NCBI GenBank assembly: GCA_907165135.1
Contig: OU015569.1
Coordinates: 310,001 to 374,000, forward strand
Length of the DNA stretch: 64,000 nucleotides
Origin: Oikopleura dioica
Lineage: Eukaryota; Animalia; Chordata
Reading direction: 5' to 3'
Shown here: one piece after another, positions 48,501 through 58,595 of the stretch
Layout: each line of letters begins with the position of its first letter
Numbering within the stretch: the stretch's first letter is position 1
The notes under the pieces: generated by a model
Told to the model about the DNA's origin: nothing
Database searches by the model: none
What the model saw: only the letters and a program-made list of their open reading frames with translations
Position numbers and translations under genes: made by a program

Positions 48501-50517
48501 CAAGCGAGTCGACGAGTACGTTCAATCCGTTTTCCTCAAAAGGAAAATCAAAATGACGTTCACCGACTCTGCCTCCTGGACCAGACGGGCCATTAATTGC
48601 CTGTTCTTCCCACATGAACTGGAAGGTAAAAGCCTAAGCTGCCAAAACCGACTTCAAATTAAAGCTCAATTTTCAGAAGACAATTCCTGCCGCGGCCACC
48701 TTCGATTTTGGCCAGAATCGAAAGAAAAATCCCCGAGTCTCTTTTTTCTCAAAGCGTGCCCACCCAAGTGGTGCCCTTCTTGTTGAACCCAATGGCGCAC
48801 AGTTGCTTTTCGCAAGTGCTGCTCTCCCTGCTCCAGAATGTAGAAAATTGCGAACTCGTCTCGCTGAGATTGTTTCCTCAAATGGACGAAAATCAAGGTC
48901 CGAAAAACTTATTTTTAATTAATTATTATTTTTTATTTGTTTTGAGTTAAGAATTTTTGTTTTTAATAATTTTGTTAATAATTTATTTATCTTTTTATTA
49001 AATTTATCAACAATTTTTATTATCAAAATTTTAATTATTTATTTATTAAATTTTTGTTAATAATTTTTGTTTGTTGAGAGAACGGAAAAAGGCCAATTTT
49101 GATTTTTTATAAATAAAATTATTTATTAATAAACTAATTATTTATGATTGGTATTTAGGCGACCTGATCGCCCGACAATTTGAAGCTCCAGAACGTTTCC
49201 AAAACTCACAGGTAATTTTAAACTGTCTTGTTTTCGCTTTCAACAGCGAATTTGAAGGTGATGCGACGAATGTACGGAAACGTGAAGCGAAACTGCGCGG
49301 ACATTTGGATGAACGGCTCTTCTGTTCTCTTCGTTGTCCGGGGCGCCGACATCTTCCGCCGGCTGACGAACTGGGCCGGCTTGGCGGATCCGGAAGAAGC
49401 GCGCATCAGCTGTCCGGGCTCGATCCGCGCTCGCTACGGCGTCGATCGGCTGAACAACGCCGTTCACTTGCCAAGGGTAATTCGCGCTCAATTTACGCGC
49501 TGTTGGTGAAATATACAATCAACTAATTATACAAGTAGTCGATTAGAGATTTAAAAGCGCGCATTATTGCTTTCTTTTCGTGTTTTTATTGCATGTCTGG
49601 AAAGGAGCGATAAATGGCCAGATAATTGACCAAAACAGAGCCCCAATTAAAATTATAAAATCGCCACAAAAAGGAGTAACAAAGGAATAATCGAAATTAA
49701 GGACATGGAGGAGAGCGAGGCACTGCTGTCTGGATTGTGCCCGGCTGGGGCAGAAGAGGAAACCACCGATTATGACATCTCCATTGAATGCGGCTCACTA
49801 GGACAGGCACACTTTTTAGCTTCCGTGTATTATTGCTACAGAGACGTCTTTTGATAACGAATTTTTCATAGAGTAGTAAAGTAATCCTGAGTCAGGTTCT
49901 GAAGAGCTGAGATAAAAAGCCGCGTTGCGGCTATTTTTAAAACGAAGCCGCGGAGCTACGCGGCTTTCCATCTCAGCTCTTCAGAACCTGACTCAGGTTT
50001 TCTTCACTAATCGATGGAAAAAATCGTCATCAAAAGATGTCTCTGTAGTAAAAATACAGGTTGTCAAGGCCCTGTAGCTTTTCTTCTGTAATCATATTTC
50101 TGTTGAGCCAATTCGAAGCCGACTTGGAGGACAGCATTCAAGAAAACATCGTGCTCGTTTTCGAACTCGAGCGCGCGGGCGAATTGATCGACCAATTCAA
50201 CCGCTCCAACTTCCGCATCATCGGCTTGCGAACAGTGCGCTTCACCAGAAACACGGCGAAGAAGATCTTCAAGACGAACGCGGTGGCCAAAGCAGTCGCC
50301 AACAAACCCGTTCTTTGCGCAGTTGTCTGGAGAAGCTCGAATTGGAACGGTTTAATTTCAAGTTGAAAATTAAATTCCATTTTTTCAACTTGAAAAACCG
50401 CGAAAAAGTGTCGAGACTCTGAAGGCGCTGGACAAGGGCTTCATCTATCAATCTGCCAGCTACGAAGAAGCAGCCGAGCAAATTCCGAAGATCTTCGCGG
50501 AGCTTTTGATTTCTTAA
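45565..50517 (+). CDS. Multi nucleoside-diphosphate-kinase-like domain protein (architecture reminiscent of NME7/8/9 or DNAAF8/Daap1)
   Basis: Several NDK-fold-like segments: FGLIHGGAF...MFLRIQAECMDISALRLV...WQDICGPRNVKVA; GFELVAIRQV...PLVVLVLRRIDAI; WAGLADPEEARISCPGSIRARYGVDRLNNAVH; NFRIIGLRTVRFT...SASYEEAAEQIPKIF. Confidence 0.65.
47331..47441. mobile_element. CCTGAGTCAGG-family MITE in an NDK-like gene intron
   Basis: CTCGGCTACCTGTGTAAAAACCTGAGTCAGG ... CCTGACTCAGGTTTTCTACACAGGTT. Confidence 0.85.
49886..50006. mobile_element. CCTGAGTCAGG-family MITE core in an NDK-like gene intron
   Basis: CCTGAGTCAGGTTCTGAAGAGCTGAGAT ... ATCTCAGCTCTTCAGAACCTGACTCAGG, a near-perfect inverted repeat. Confidence 0.85.
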
Positions 50518-50825
50518 TTATTTTCTGTACGTGACTCCCTTTTTTGGACTAAACCAAAAATGGAAGAGCATTTTGGATTACCAATAAGATTGCTGTATTT
50601 TGCCTACCGGTCAATCAAAACCCTGATCCAGAAAATCACTTCCATTTTTGGCTCTGCCCCTTTTTTCGAAAGTATCTTTGCCATATCTAATTTTATACCA
50701 CACACAATTAAATTTCATAACAAACATTTTTTGTTGTCTTTTTCGTTTTTAATTTATTTACAATTATAATTTTAATTTTAATCAAAATTTAAGCAGGGAA
50801 AGCATTAATTAAAAAGCAGGATGGT

Positions 50826-51496
50826 TCAGCAGCGCCTGAGTCTCATGAAAGGCTTGAAAATGTTTTCGAGTTTGGCGGCGACGGCTTCGATGTGGCTGAA
50901 TCTGTGGAACTTGGAGTAGGGGTTGAAGTTGACTCCTTCCAGCGCTTGTCCTTCTTTGTGGCAGTGGGGGTTGTAGCGGCGAGTCCACGACTTTCAGCGG
51001 GTTCAATTTTTGTCCGAATAAAATATGGGGATCTTTAATTAAGGGTATCTCTTTTTAAATTTGCAACCACGTGGCTTGACTCTTTTCACCAATCTGGGTA
51101 GAACAGTGCACACATCCACAGATCTAAAACAAAATAGCAAATCAGAAAAACAGCTCATTTCGAACAGCTGTTTCTTTCTTACCTTTCTTCGACTTCTTCC
51201 TCTTCGTCGAAAAGTGTCTCGGGCCAGCAGACTCCGTCGATTCGTCTAGCTCGTCCTTTCAGCCGCCGGAAGAGGTTGTCCAGCCGTTGCTTCTTCGCGT
51301 CGAAGTGCGCGTATTCCGGGTGGAAGGGCTCGACCCCGAAGCTAAAATACGCTAGAATGTCGATCCCTTTTCGAAGTTACCTGATGGCTCGGTCGATGCG
51401 CTCGGAGATGATGTCCAGTTCCCTTAACCCGTCCGAGGTCGGAGCTCTACCGGCGGAGACGAGCGAGGCCGCTAAAAATGAAACGGCTGACTTCAT
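50826..51496 (-). CDS. Small secreted helical protein, family unknown
   Basis: MKSAVSFLAASLVSAG signal peptide, four exons with GT-AG introns, ends ...SWTRRYNPHC...FMRLRRC-stop. Confidence 0.6.
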
Positions 51497-52062
51497 CTTC
51501 GATAATGATCTTTGCTCTCTTGGAATTCAGCTGGACTAGCGGTAGTCACTCTCGGTCTATTCCAAAAGTAACTTGTGGCGGAGCAGCGAACGTTCCGTTA
51601 TATTTGGGCGATCGCGCTAACTCGGGTGCGCCAGAGAGTACCGTTGCGATTTGGCTTCGCTTGTGCCAAACCACAACACAGCTACAATTAACTGGAAATT
51701 ACGTTAATGCTAAACGATAATCTCCTGTTGAAAGAGCGTCGTCTAAACTAAACTTACTTGTCGATGAAATTGGAAAGGCGCTTTCTCAGCAGCGAAAAAG
51801 TCTAATTTCTGATTTCTTCCATTTCCGAAAATGTCATTGAATTTTGCATCAACTTTTCTCAATCGCGTCTCGTTCAATTTCTCACATTTGAGAGAATTCT
51901 GCACTTTCAGGCACACTTCTCTCGCTGTCTTTTTCGAGCTTTTCAGAGAAAAATAAAAACGAAAATTGTCGACCGGAGAAAAAGTTCCAGCGCGATGGAG
52001 TTCATTCTTCTCTACGGCGATTTTCATTTCTCAATTTAATTTCTATCGCTAACTTTATTCAG

Positions 52063-54890
52063 CTGCCCAAACTACAACAAGTACGACTAGCACTACTAGC
52101 ACCACTACGACAACCACAACTACAACGTCTACGACTACCACAACCTCAACTACGACGACTACGACTACTACGACATCAACTACAACAACAACAACTACCA
52201 CTACTTCAACCACAACAACTACAACTACGACGACGACTACAACTACGACTACAACAACAACAACAACTTCCACCACAACTACTACTACTACAACCACAAC
52301 ATCAACAACAACGACGACGACGACTACGACTACAACTACCACAACTACTACAACCACAACTACAACTACGACGACGACTACGACTACGACTACGACTACG
52401 ACTACTACGACTACGACTACTACAACTACTACTACAACTACTACTACTACTACTACCACCACGACAACCACGACAACAACAACAACTACGACAACAACCA
52501 CCACAACCACGACGACAACTACCACAACCACTACGACAACCACGTCAACAACAAGCACGAGCACTTCGACAACGAGCACAGAAGCTCCAACCACGACCAC
52601 TATCCCCCACACAACTGCGGAAGAAACAACCACAACTCTTCCCCATTACTGCAACACAACATGCAGCTGCGAATGTGTTCAGGAAAAGCTCAAAATCTCA
52701 AAGTCCGAATTTCACCGGAATCCGTAGTTTGCGAGCTCTCATAAAGGACGTGATGCTCTACTCAGAACCTTCCTTCGGAAATCGCCAAATGGTGAAAATG
52801 AAGTACATAGGCGACAAGGGCGTTATGGTCCAAATCGCGACGAAAGCGGTAACGGATGCGGTACTGCAGTACCAGCAGTACTGGGTCATTTCGAAGAACG
52901 TCTGCACTGGCCCGGGCCTGACTCTCTTCCGAGAAGGAGGCTTCAATATGACTGTGTTGGAGACGCGAGACAAAGGTACCATCCTTCACGTTTAACGTTT
53001 TAAGGATATACCCGATAAAATTGAACTTTTATAGCGCCGAAATGCGACGTAGGATCATTTTTATTTTAAAAGCAATTCTACCGTAAAATGCACTAAGAAC
53101 TCAAATCTGGTACTTTTTTATATTTTCTCATTCGAATTTTTCTCTTTAGAGCGATTTCAAATCTTACTCTCTCGATTACTCGAAATTTTTGGTATAAATC
53201 GGTCGAGTTTTTTCGATAGATAAGTTCTTCAGACCTTTATCTACAATATTGATGGCTTACTTTTGCTTAATTCCGAAAAAAACCGATTCTAGAGCCATTT
53301 CACTGAGGGCTACTCAGCGCGTGAAAGCTCTACAAAGCGGCGCGCTGGACGCTCACTCACTCGACTCCTCTTTTCTGCGAGAAAGTGCGTGGTTGAGCGC
53401 ACCGCTCTGATTGGTAGCACGCGAAAAAGCGCGCAGTGAAGAAAACCAGGAGTATAAAAGAGGAGAACACTAGAATGAAAATTCGTTCGGGTTAAAGTAT
53501 TTGATCCCATCAATTTTGTAGCTTAGCATTATTACAATACAGAACACGGCTCAGTTTTAGCGATTTAGTGGAAAAATTTCGAGAAATCGAGAGAGTTCGT
53601 TTTCAAATCGCTCTAGAGAGAAAAATTCAAATGAAAATTTTCAAAAAAGTACCAGAATTGAATTTTACGCAAAATTTCAGATAGGATTGCTTTTGAAATA
53701 AAAAAGATCCGACTTCGTATTTAGGCGCTATGAATGTTCAATTTTATCGGGTATATCCTTAAAAGTCGTTAAGGATACGAGGGCGAAATCACCAACTACA
53801 ACTCGATGAAGAGTCTCTACTACCGAAACCGAAAGGACGAGGCCTCCAAGCACCGTTCCGTCACTTTCGGCTTCACGTAAGTTTTCTTTTTTTGTTTTTC
53901 CATTTCCTGGGCGGCCGTATTGCCGGAAAAGAGAGTACCTCTACCAAGCAAGAACGTTTATTTTGAGTAAACTGAGAGATCCGAATAAACGGATTCGGCG
54001 ATCCCTTTTTTCATGAACTTTTTTTCTGATTAATTTTATTTACAGGGGTTAATTTGGTTTCTAGGGCCGACAAGGTGAATCCAGATCCAACTGCCAACTC
54101 GAAACGTGATCAGTACCTGGCGTACTTGGGATTCGAGCAGGGCTTTGGCGACATTACCACTGAGCAACTCTGGGCTTGCATTCAAGGACCGGGTTTTCCA
54201 CAGTTTTTTAAGGGGGCGGACCCTTACCAGAGGGTCCCCTTCAATTGTTGTTAAATCGTACTTTTGATATAGCGTACCCGTGTATTTTTTAAGTGTTAAA
54301 AATGGCGACGTGACAACGTGAAGATGACTCATTCGCGATGTCACGTCGTCTTTTCAACACTTTAAAAATACAGGGGTACGTTATATCAAAAGTTAAGGGG
54401 GTACGATTTAAGAACAAAGGGGGCTCTCTTGTAATTAAGGGTCCGCCCCCATAAAAGAGGACGTGAATATAAACCCAGGACAGGTGCGAAGCCGGTGACG
54501 ATCCTCCCGAGTCCAGGAGTCTCGATGGAGTGCGACTACTCTGAATGCATCGGCGAGTTTGTCACTGTCGGTTGGTAATGGTCAACCAACAATCAGAAGA
54601 ATCAGAAGAATTAAAAATAAAAAAGAACTACTCAAAAATTACGATAAGTACCCTGTCAATAAAAAAGCGAAAAAACGTTCAAGTTGGTTTGTCAAGTTTG
54701 GAATTCTGATTTTGGAGCACGTGGTTAGATTTCGCTTGTGATAGCTCCAATCTGCGAAATTATGATTTCGGTGGTGCCGCCAATTCACTCTGCGGCCGAG
54801 GTCGACCTTTTAGAAAAGAATCAAAACAACATTTTCGCAGATTTATTCGCGACGCCCAGCATGTACAAATTCACTCCAAAATAGTTAAAA
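52063..54890 (+). CDS. Thr-rich mucin-like protein (both ends uncertain)
   Basis: About 190 codons of almost pure ACN after a ttattcag acceptor, then a CNTTCSCEC motif. Downstream exons join in frame across the MITE-containing intron (ETRDK/GYEGEITNY). The frame link near 52700 is unresolved. Confidence 0.55.
52071..52640 (+). repeat. (ACN)n coding low-complexity repeat (poly-Thr)
   Basis: Directly visible ACT/ACA/ACG/ACC tract. The antisense frame gives the poly-Val ORF 52055-52633. Confidence 0.9.
53004..53758. mobile_element. Non-autonomous DNA transposon, TTAA target, GG...CC termini (Kolobok-like)
   Basis: Perfect 23-bp TIR GGATATACCCGATAAAATTGAAC, TTAA on both sides (53000-53003, 53759-53762), interior related to 57724-58472. 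Confidence 0.8.
54212..54450. mobile_element. Foldback element, GGGGGCGGACCCTTA TIR
   Basis: Nearly the whole element is an imperfect palindrome. Flanks are TTAA (left) and ATAA (right). Confidence 0.7.
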
Positions 54891-54928
54891 ATTACAGAAT
54901 ATTAAATAATTTTACAAAAATCAAAAAA

Positions 54929-57270
54929 TTATTTTCCTTTTTTCTTTTTCTTCTTCGCCGCGGTTTCGGGATTGACTTTACCCGGTTTTCTGACAGTTTT
55001 CTTCGACTTGCTCTTTTTCGTCGACTTCTTCTTCTTGGAGCCCTTCTTGTCTCCCTTTTTGCGCGCTCCTCCAAACAGCGCACAGGCGGTGAGTCCGCCC
55101 AAGAGCACCAGCTTAAAAGAATCGACGAATTCGATGAAAATTAAATTCGATGCTTACCAAACCCGTGACACCACCAGCAATAGCACCACCCAATTTCGGC
55201 CCGCTTTTCTTTTCCTTGACTTCTTTTCGCTGCGGCGGCTCGACTTCGAACTCGGCGGGCGTCATTTTCACTGGAATCATCAGCGCTCGCGAAGCTCTGC
55301 CGACGTTTTTCGCCGGATCCAAGGCTGCTACTTTGATGTAGCGGTTGTACTTGTCTGCCGCCTGGCAAAGGTCTTTCACAATTTGGCCGATGTCCGCTTG
55401 ACCAACAAAGTCGGCACCACGGTCGTCGGCAGACTCTCCCAGCGTGATACTGACATCGACCGGCGCGCTCTTCCAAAAAGTCAACGGTTTCTCCAAGTTT
55501 GAAAAATAATTCTGCATGCCGAATCTAATAAAACGGATAATAATCTTCTCTAGTGTCTTTTTTCTAGTCTAGTCTAGTCTAGTCTAGTCTAGTCTAGTCT
55601 AGTCTAGTCTAGTCTAGTCTAGTCTAGTCTAGTCTAGTCTAGTCTAGTCTAGACTAGACTAGACAAGTGTTTAGTCTTTTCTAGTCTAGTCTTTTCTAGA
55701 GTCTCTTCTCTAATGTCTGTCTTTTGCTTACGATTTGTCATGAATGAGTATTTTGAAGGACTTGAATCTGTCGCGTCTTCCGGGATTTTCAAATTCGACG
55801 AAGAAATCTGTCGTTTCGTTGGCCAAAACTGAGGTGAGGCCGCTCTCTTCTGATTTTTGTTTCCAAGGTCGGTAGCCAAAATACTCCGCCTGGTTAGTAA
55901 ATTCCGCATTGTTTCGAATGACAACTGCTCAATTACCTGAAAATCCTGGCTTCCGTAAAACAAGGCGGCGTTGAAGAAGGAATGCAACTGCACGGCCGTG
56001 GCGTTGATCAACTCGTCCGACTCAAACGCCAAATAAATGGCGAGATCGATGGGCAAGTTCTTGGGACAGCTGGTGATATCTCTGGCCGTGCGGTTGATGT
56101 TGCTGAAGCCGATGGTCTGGACGCGCTCGATGAGGCGGTATTCTTCGAAAGGGGCCTCCTCGACCAAAGCAATGCGCAGCTCGATTTCGCGCTCTTCATT
56201 TCGCGCGCCGAAATCGTCCGGGTTCGTCCACGAGAAAATGTAGGACCAGTTACCATCTGCACTTGCGTAGTCCATGTAAACGTCTTTTTCCTCTTTTTCT
56301 AGTTTCAATATTTAGCAATCAAAGACCGCGAATTGGGCCGCGAATTTCGATCCGCGAATTTTGGCCGTTTTTGGCCTAATTTTTGAAATTTCTGAAATTT
56401 TGGCCGTTTTTGACCGAATTTTGATCCGCGAATTTTGGCCGCGAAGTTTGCTTGTTTACCTGCGACGGCTCTGATCGACAAGTCCGTAATTTGATTTGGC
56501 GCGATACTGTCGATTTCATCCCTCACGCAAAAACTCCTAAAGCCAAAAGTAGTGTCTTCCAAAGTAGAAATTTCATCTTACATGTAGTTTTTGTCGCAAG
56601 CCTGAGTCGTCGAAAGCGCTTGGCCGGTGCTTCCTTGAAAAACTTGCACTTCCCTTTGTAGTAGCTGGGCTCTTCTATCGGTTCGTATTGGCCAGCAATG
56701 GCCACGGAATTGGACTCGTCTTCTGTGGGAGATGTCAGGGAGTTCTTTTCAAGCCAAATGGTGATGTCCAAAGGAGGATCGCTTTTCTTGGGCTCAATTT
56801 TTAACTCAGTTTACATAACATAGCGATACCCTTATTCTGGGACGGCAACCTGTGTTGAAAACCTGAGTCAGGAAAACCTGAGAAAAGCCGCTCTTTGAGA
56901 ACCCTACTCAGGTTTTCTACACAGTTTGCCGAGCCCAGAATAAGGGTATCGCTATCTTAACTGAGTTAATTCAAAAGCCTGTCCTGTTTTTCTGCTTGTA
57001 TTTGACCAAATCGTAAAGTGCGAAAAACGAGTCCGAGGAGTTGACAAAAGGGAGAGCAGCGCTTTTCTGTCGACAGTAAGTGCTCGCTCCTTCGTAATTC
57101 ATCTCGTTTCCGACGAAAAGCCAGCACTTGCCCAAGTAGTGCTCGAACTGGTCCAAGCAGGGTTTGTAGTTTCCGTCTGAAACGAGCGCGTTAGCGAGAA
57201 TAAACGACGAGGCGGCGGAACATACCGACACTTGTAATCGACGATCTCGTAAAACGCAGCTCTTCGACCT
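54929..57270 (-). CDS. Type I membrane protein: C-type lectin-like domain(s), FN3-like region, TM, Lys-rich tail; 5' end not found; apparent frameshift at 56638-56642
   Basis: CLDQFEHYLGKCWLFVGNEMNYEGASTYC; ITIWLEK...KCKFF(Q)GSTGQALSTTQACDKNYMSFC; PNQITDLSIRAV...YIFSWTNP; GGAIAGGVTG/LVLLGGLTACALFGG then KKKK tail. Confidence 0.65.
55563..55661. repeat. (TCTAG)18 pentanucleotide microsatellite followed by inverted ACTAG units, intronic
   Basis: Directly visible: 55563-55652 perfect repeats, then ACTAGACTAG. Confidence 0.95.
56326..56449. repeat. Degenerate 11-13 bp minisatellite (CCGCGAATTTTGG), intronic
   Basis: About 10 imperfect units visible. Confidence 0.7.
56805..56965. mobile_element. 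Nested element: CCTGAGTCAGG-family MITE (56837-56938) inside TAGCGATACCCTTATT inverted repeats inside CTCAGTT termini flanked by TTAA
   Basis: Three concentric inverted-repeat pairs, TTAA at 56801-56804 and 56966-56969. Confidence 0.75.
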
Positions 57271-57723
57271 AAATGCGCAATCGAATCATTCGCTTCTATT
57301 AACTCGCGTAACATCAAAAAAGAAAAGAAACTTGTTTTCGCCAAAAACACTCTTGGATATTTGCACTGGAAATATCGCCCTCTCGCAGCTGTGTTTTTGA
57401 TTTTTCATAAAATCAAAAATAATCCCAAACATTATTTTTTCTCTCTAAACGTACCCTCGGACGGCTATCTTGTCTTTTCTCTGGTGGGATATCAGGGCTT
57501 CTGATATGCCGCGCTCTTTTCTGAAAATATTCTTTCAAATATTTCTTAAATTAGGTATAATTTAAACCGTATAAATATATTTTTCATATTATTTTTTTAA
57601 TTAAATTTAATTATTAAATTATTATTATTGTGAATAATTCTGATATATTATTAAATACATATACATATAATAAATAATATATTTATTGTATTGTTATTAA
57701 ATTTTCTTATTATTAATTTTTAA

Positions 57724-58472
57724 GGATATAGCCGTTCTCAAGGCACTTTCGTAGCGTCAAAAGGGGACGATAAAATTTTTCATTTCAAAGGGAACCCTAC
57801 CTAAAATTGCCAAAGAAACCCGATTCTAGTGTTCTTTTTAATTTTTTAATGGAAAAATTTCTCTCTAGAGCAATTTTAAATCTTACGATCACTTTTTCTC
57901 GAGAATTTTCCACTAAATCGGTCGAGTTTTTGATAAATTAAAAATTTGGACCTTTCCCTACATTCCTAGGGTCTAAAGTTTAATAGATTCTAATTATTTA
58001 TGATTCTAGAGCCATTTTTATGAGGCTTACTTGAGTAAGCCGAAGCGTCAGACAGCGCTCTGGTTTGCTGCGCTGGGCGCCCTCCTCCATCGCGCGGTGA
58101 GGCGCGCATGTGAAAGAGCGCGCTGATTGGCCGAGCGCCCTGAACGCAGCATTTATGAAAAAGAAAAGCTAAAAAGAAGAAGACGCTAGAATAAAAATTT
58201 GCTCGGGTTTTGAAATTTTTAGGCCCTAGGAAGATAGATTAGCAGTTATTTATAATAATACACGGTTTAGTTTTAGCGATTTAATTGAAGTATTTCGAGA
58301 AAAAGTGATCGTAAGATTTCAAATCGCTCCAGAGAGAAATTTTCTTTGAAAAAAAATTTAAAAAACATCAGAATCGAATTCTAGACATAATTTTAGGTCG
58401 GACCTGTCTTGAAATGAAAAATTTATCGCCCCATTTCGGCGCTACGAAAGTGCCTTGAGAACGGCTATATCC
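57724..58472. mobile_element. Non-autonomous DNA transposon, TTAA target, GG...CC termini (Kolobok-like), second copy/subfamily
   Basis: Perfect 33-bp TIR GGATATAGCCGTTCTCAAGGCACTTTCGTAGCG, TTAA at 57720-57723 and 58473-58476. Confidence 0.82.
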
Positions 58473-58595
58473 TTAAATTATGTATATATTTTTAAATAGG
58501 GTATAAACTTAATCTTTGCGCGCACTTTTCTAGAAAAATTTAATAAGTGAGTGACACCCTTATTCTCATTTAGGCGAGAAAAGTCTCCTCTGAGA

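Noticed and set aside
51478-51720. Plus-strand ORF as first exon of the Thr-rich gene
   Set aside because: It overlaps the start of the divergent secreted-protein gene and I found no convincing in-frame splice to 52063.
52055-52633. Poly-Val ORF on the minus strand (also 37859-38260, 40206-40604, 41134-41352)
   Set aside because: These are antisense shadows of Thr-rich coding tracts.
55820-55940. Apparent frameshift in the lectin/FN3 gene
   Set aside because: Explained by a canonical short intron (CAG|GTAATT...CTAACCAG|GCG) that restores the frame.
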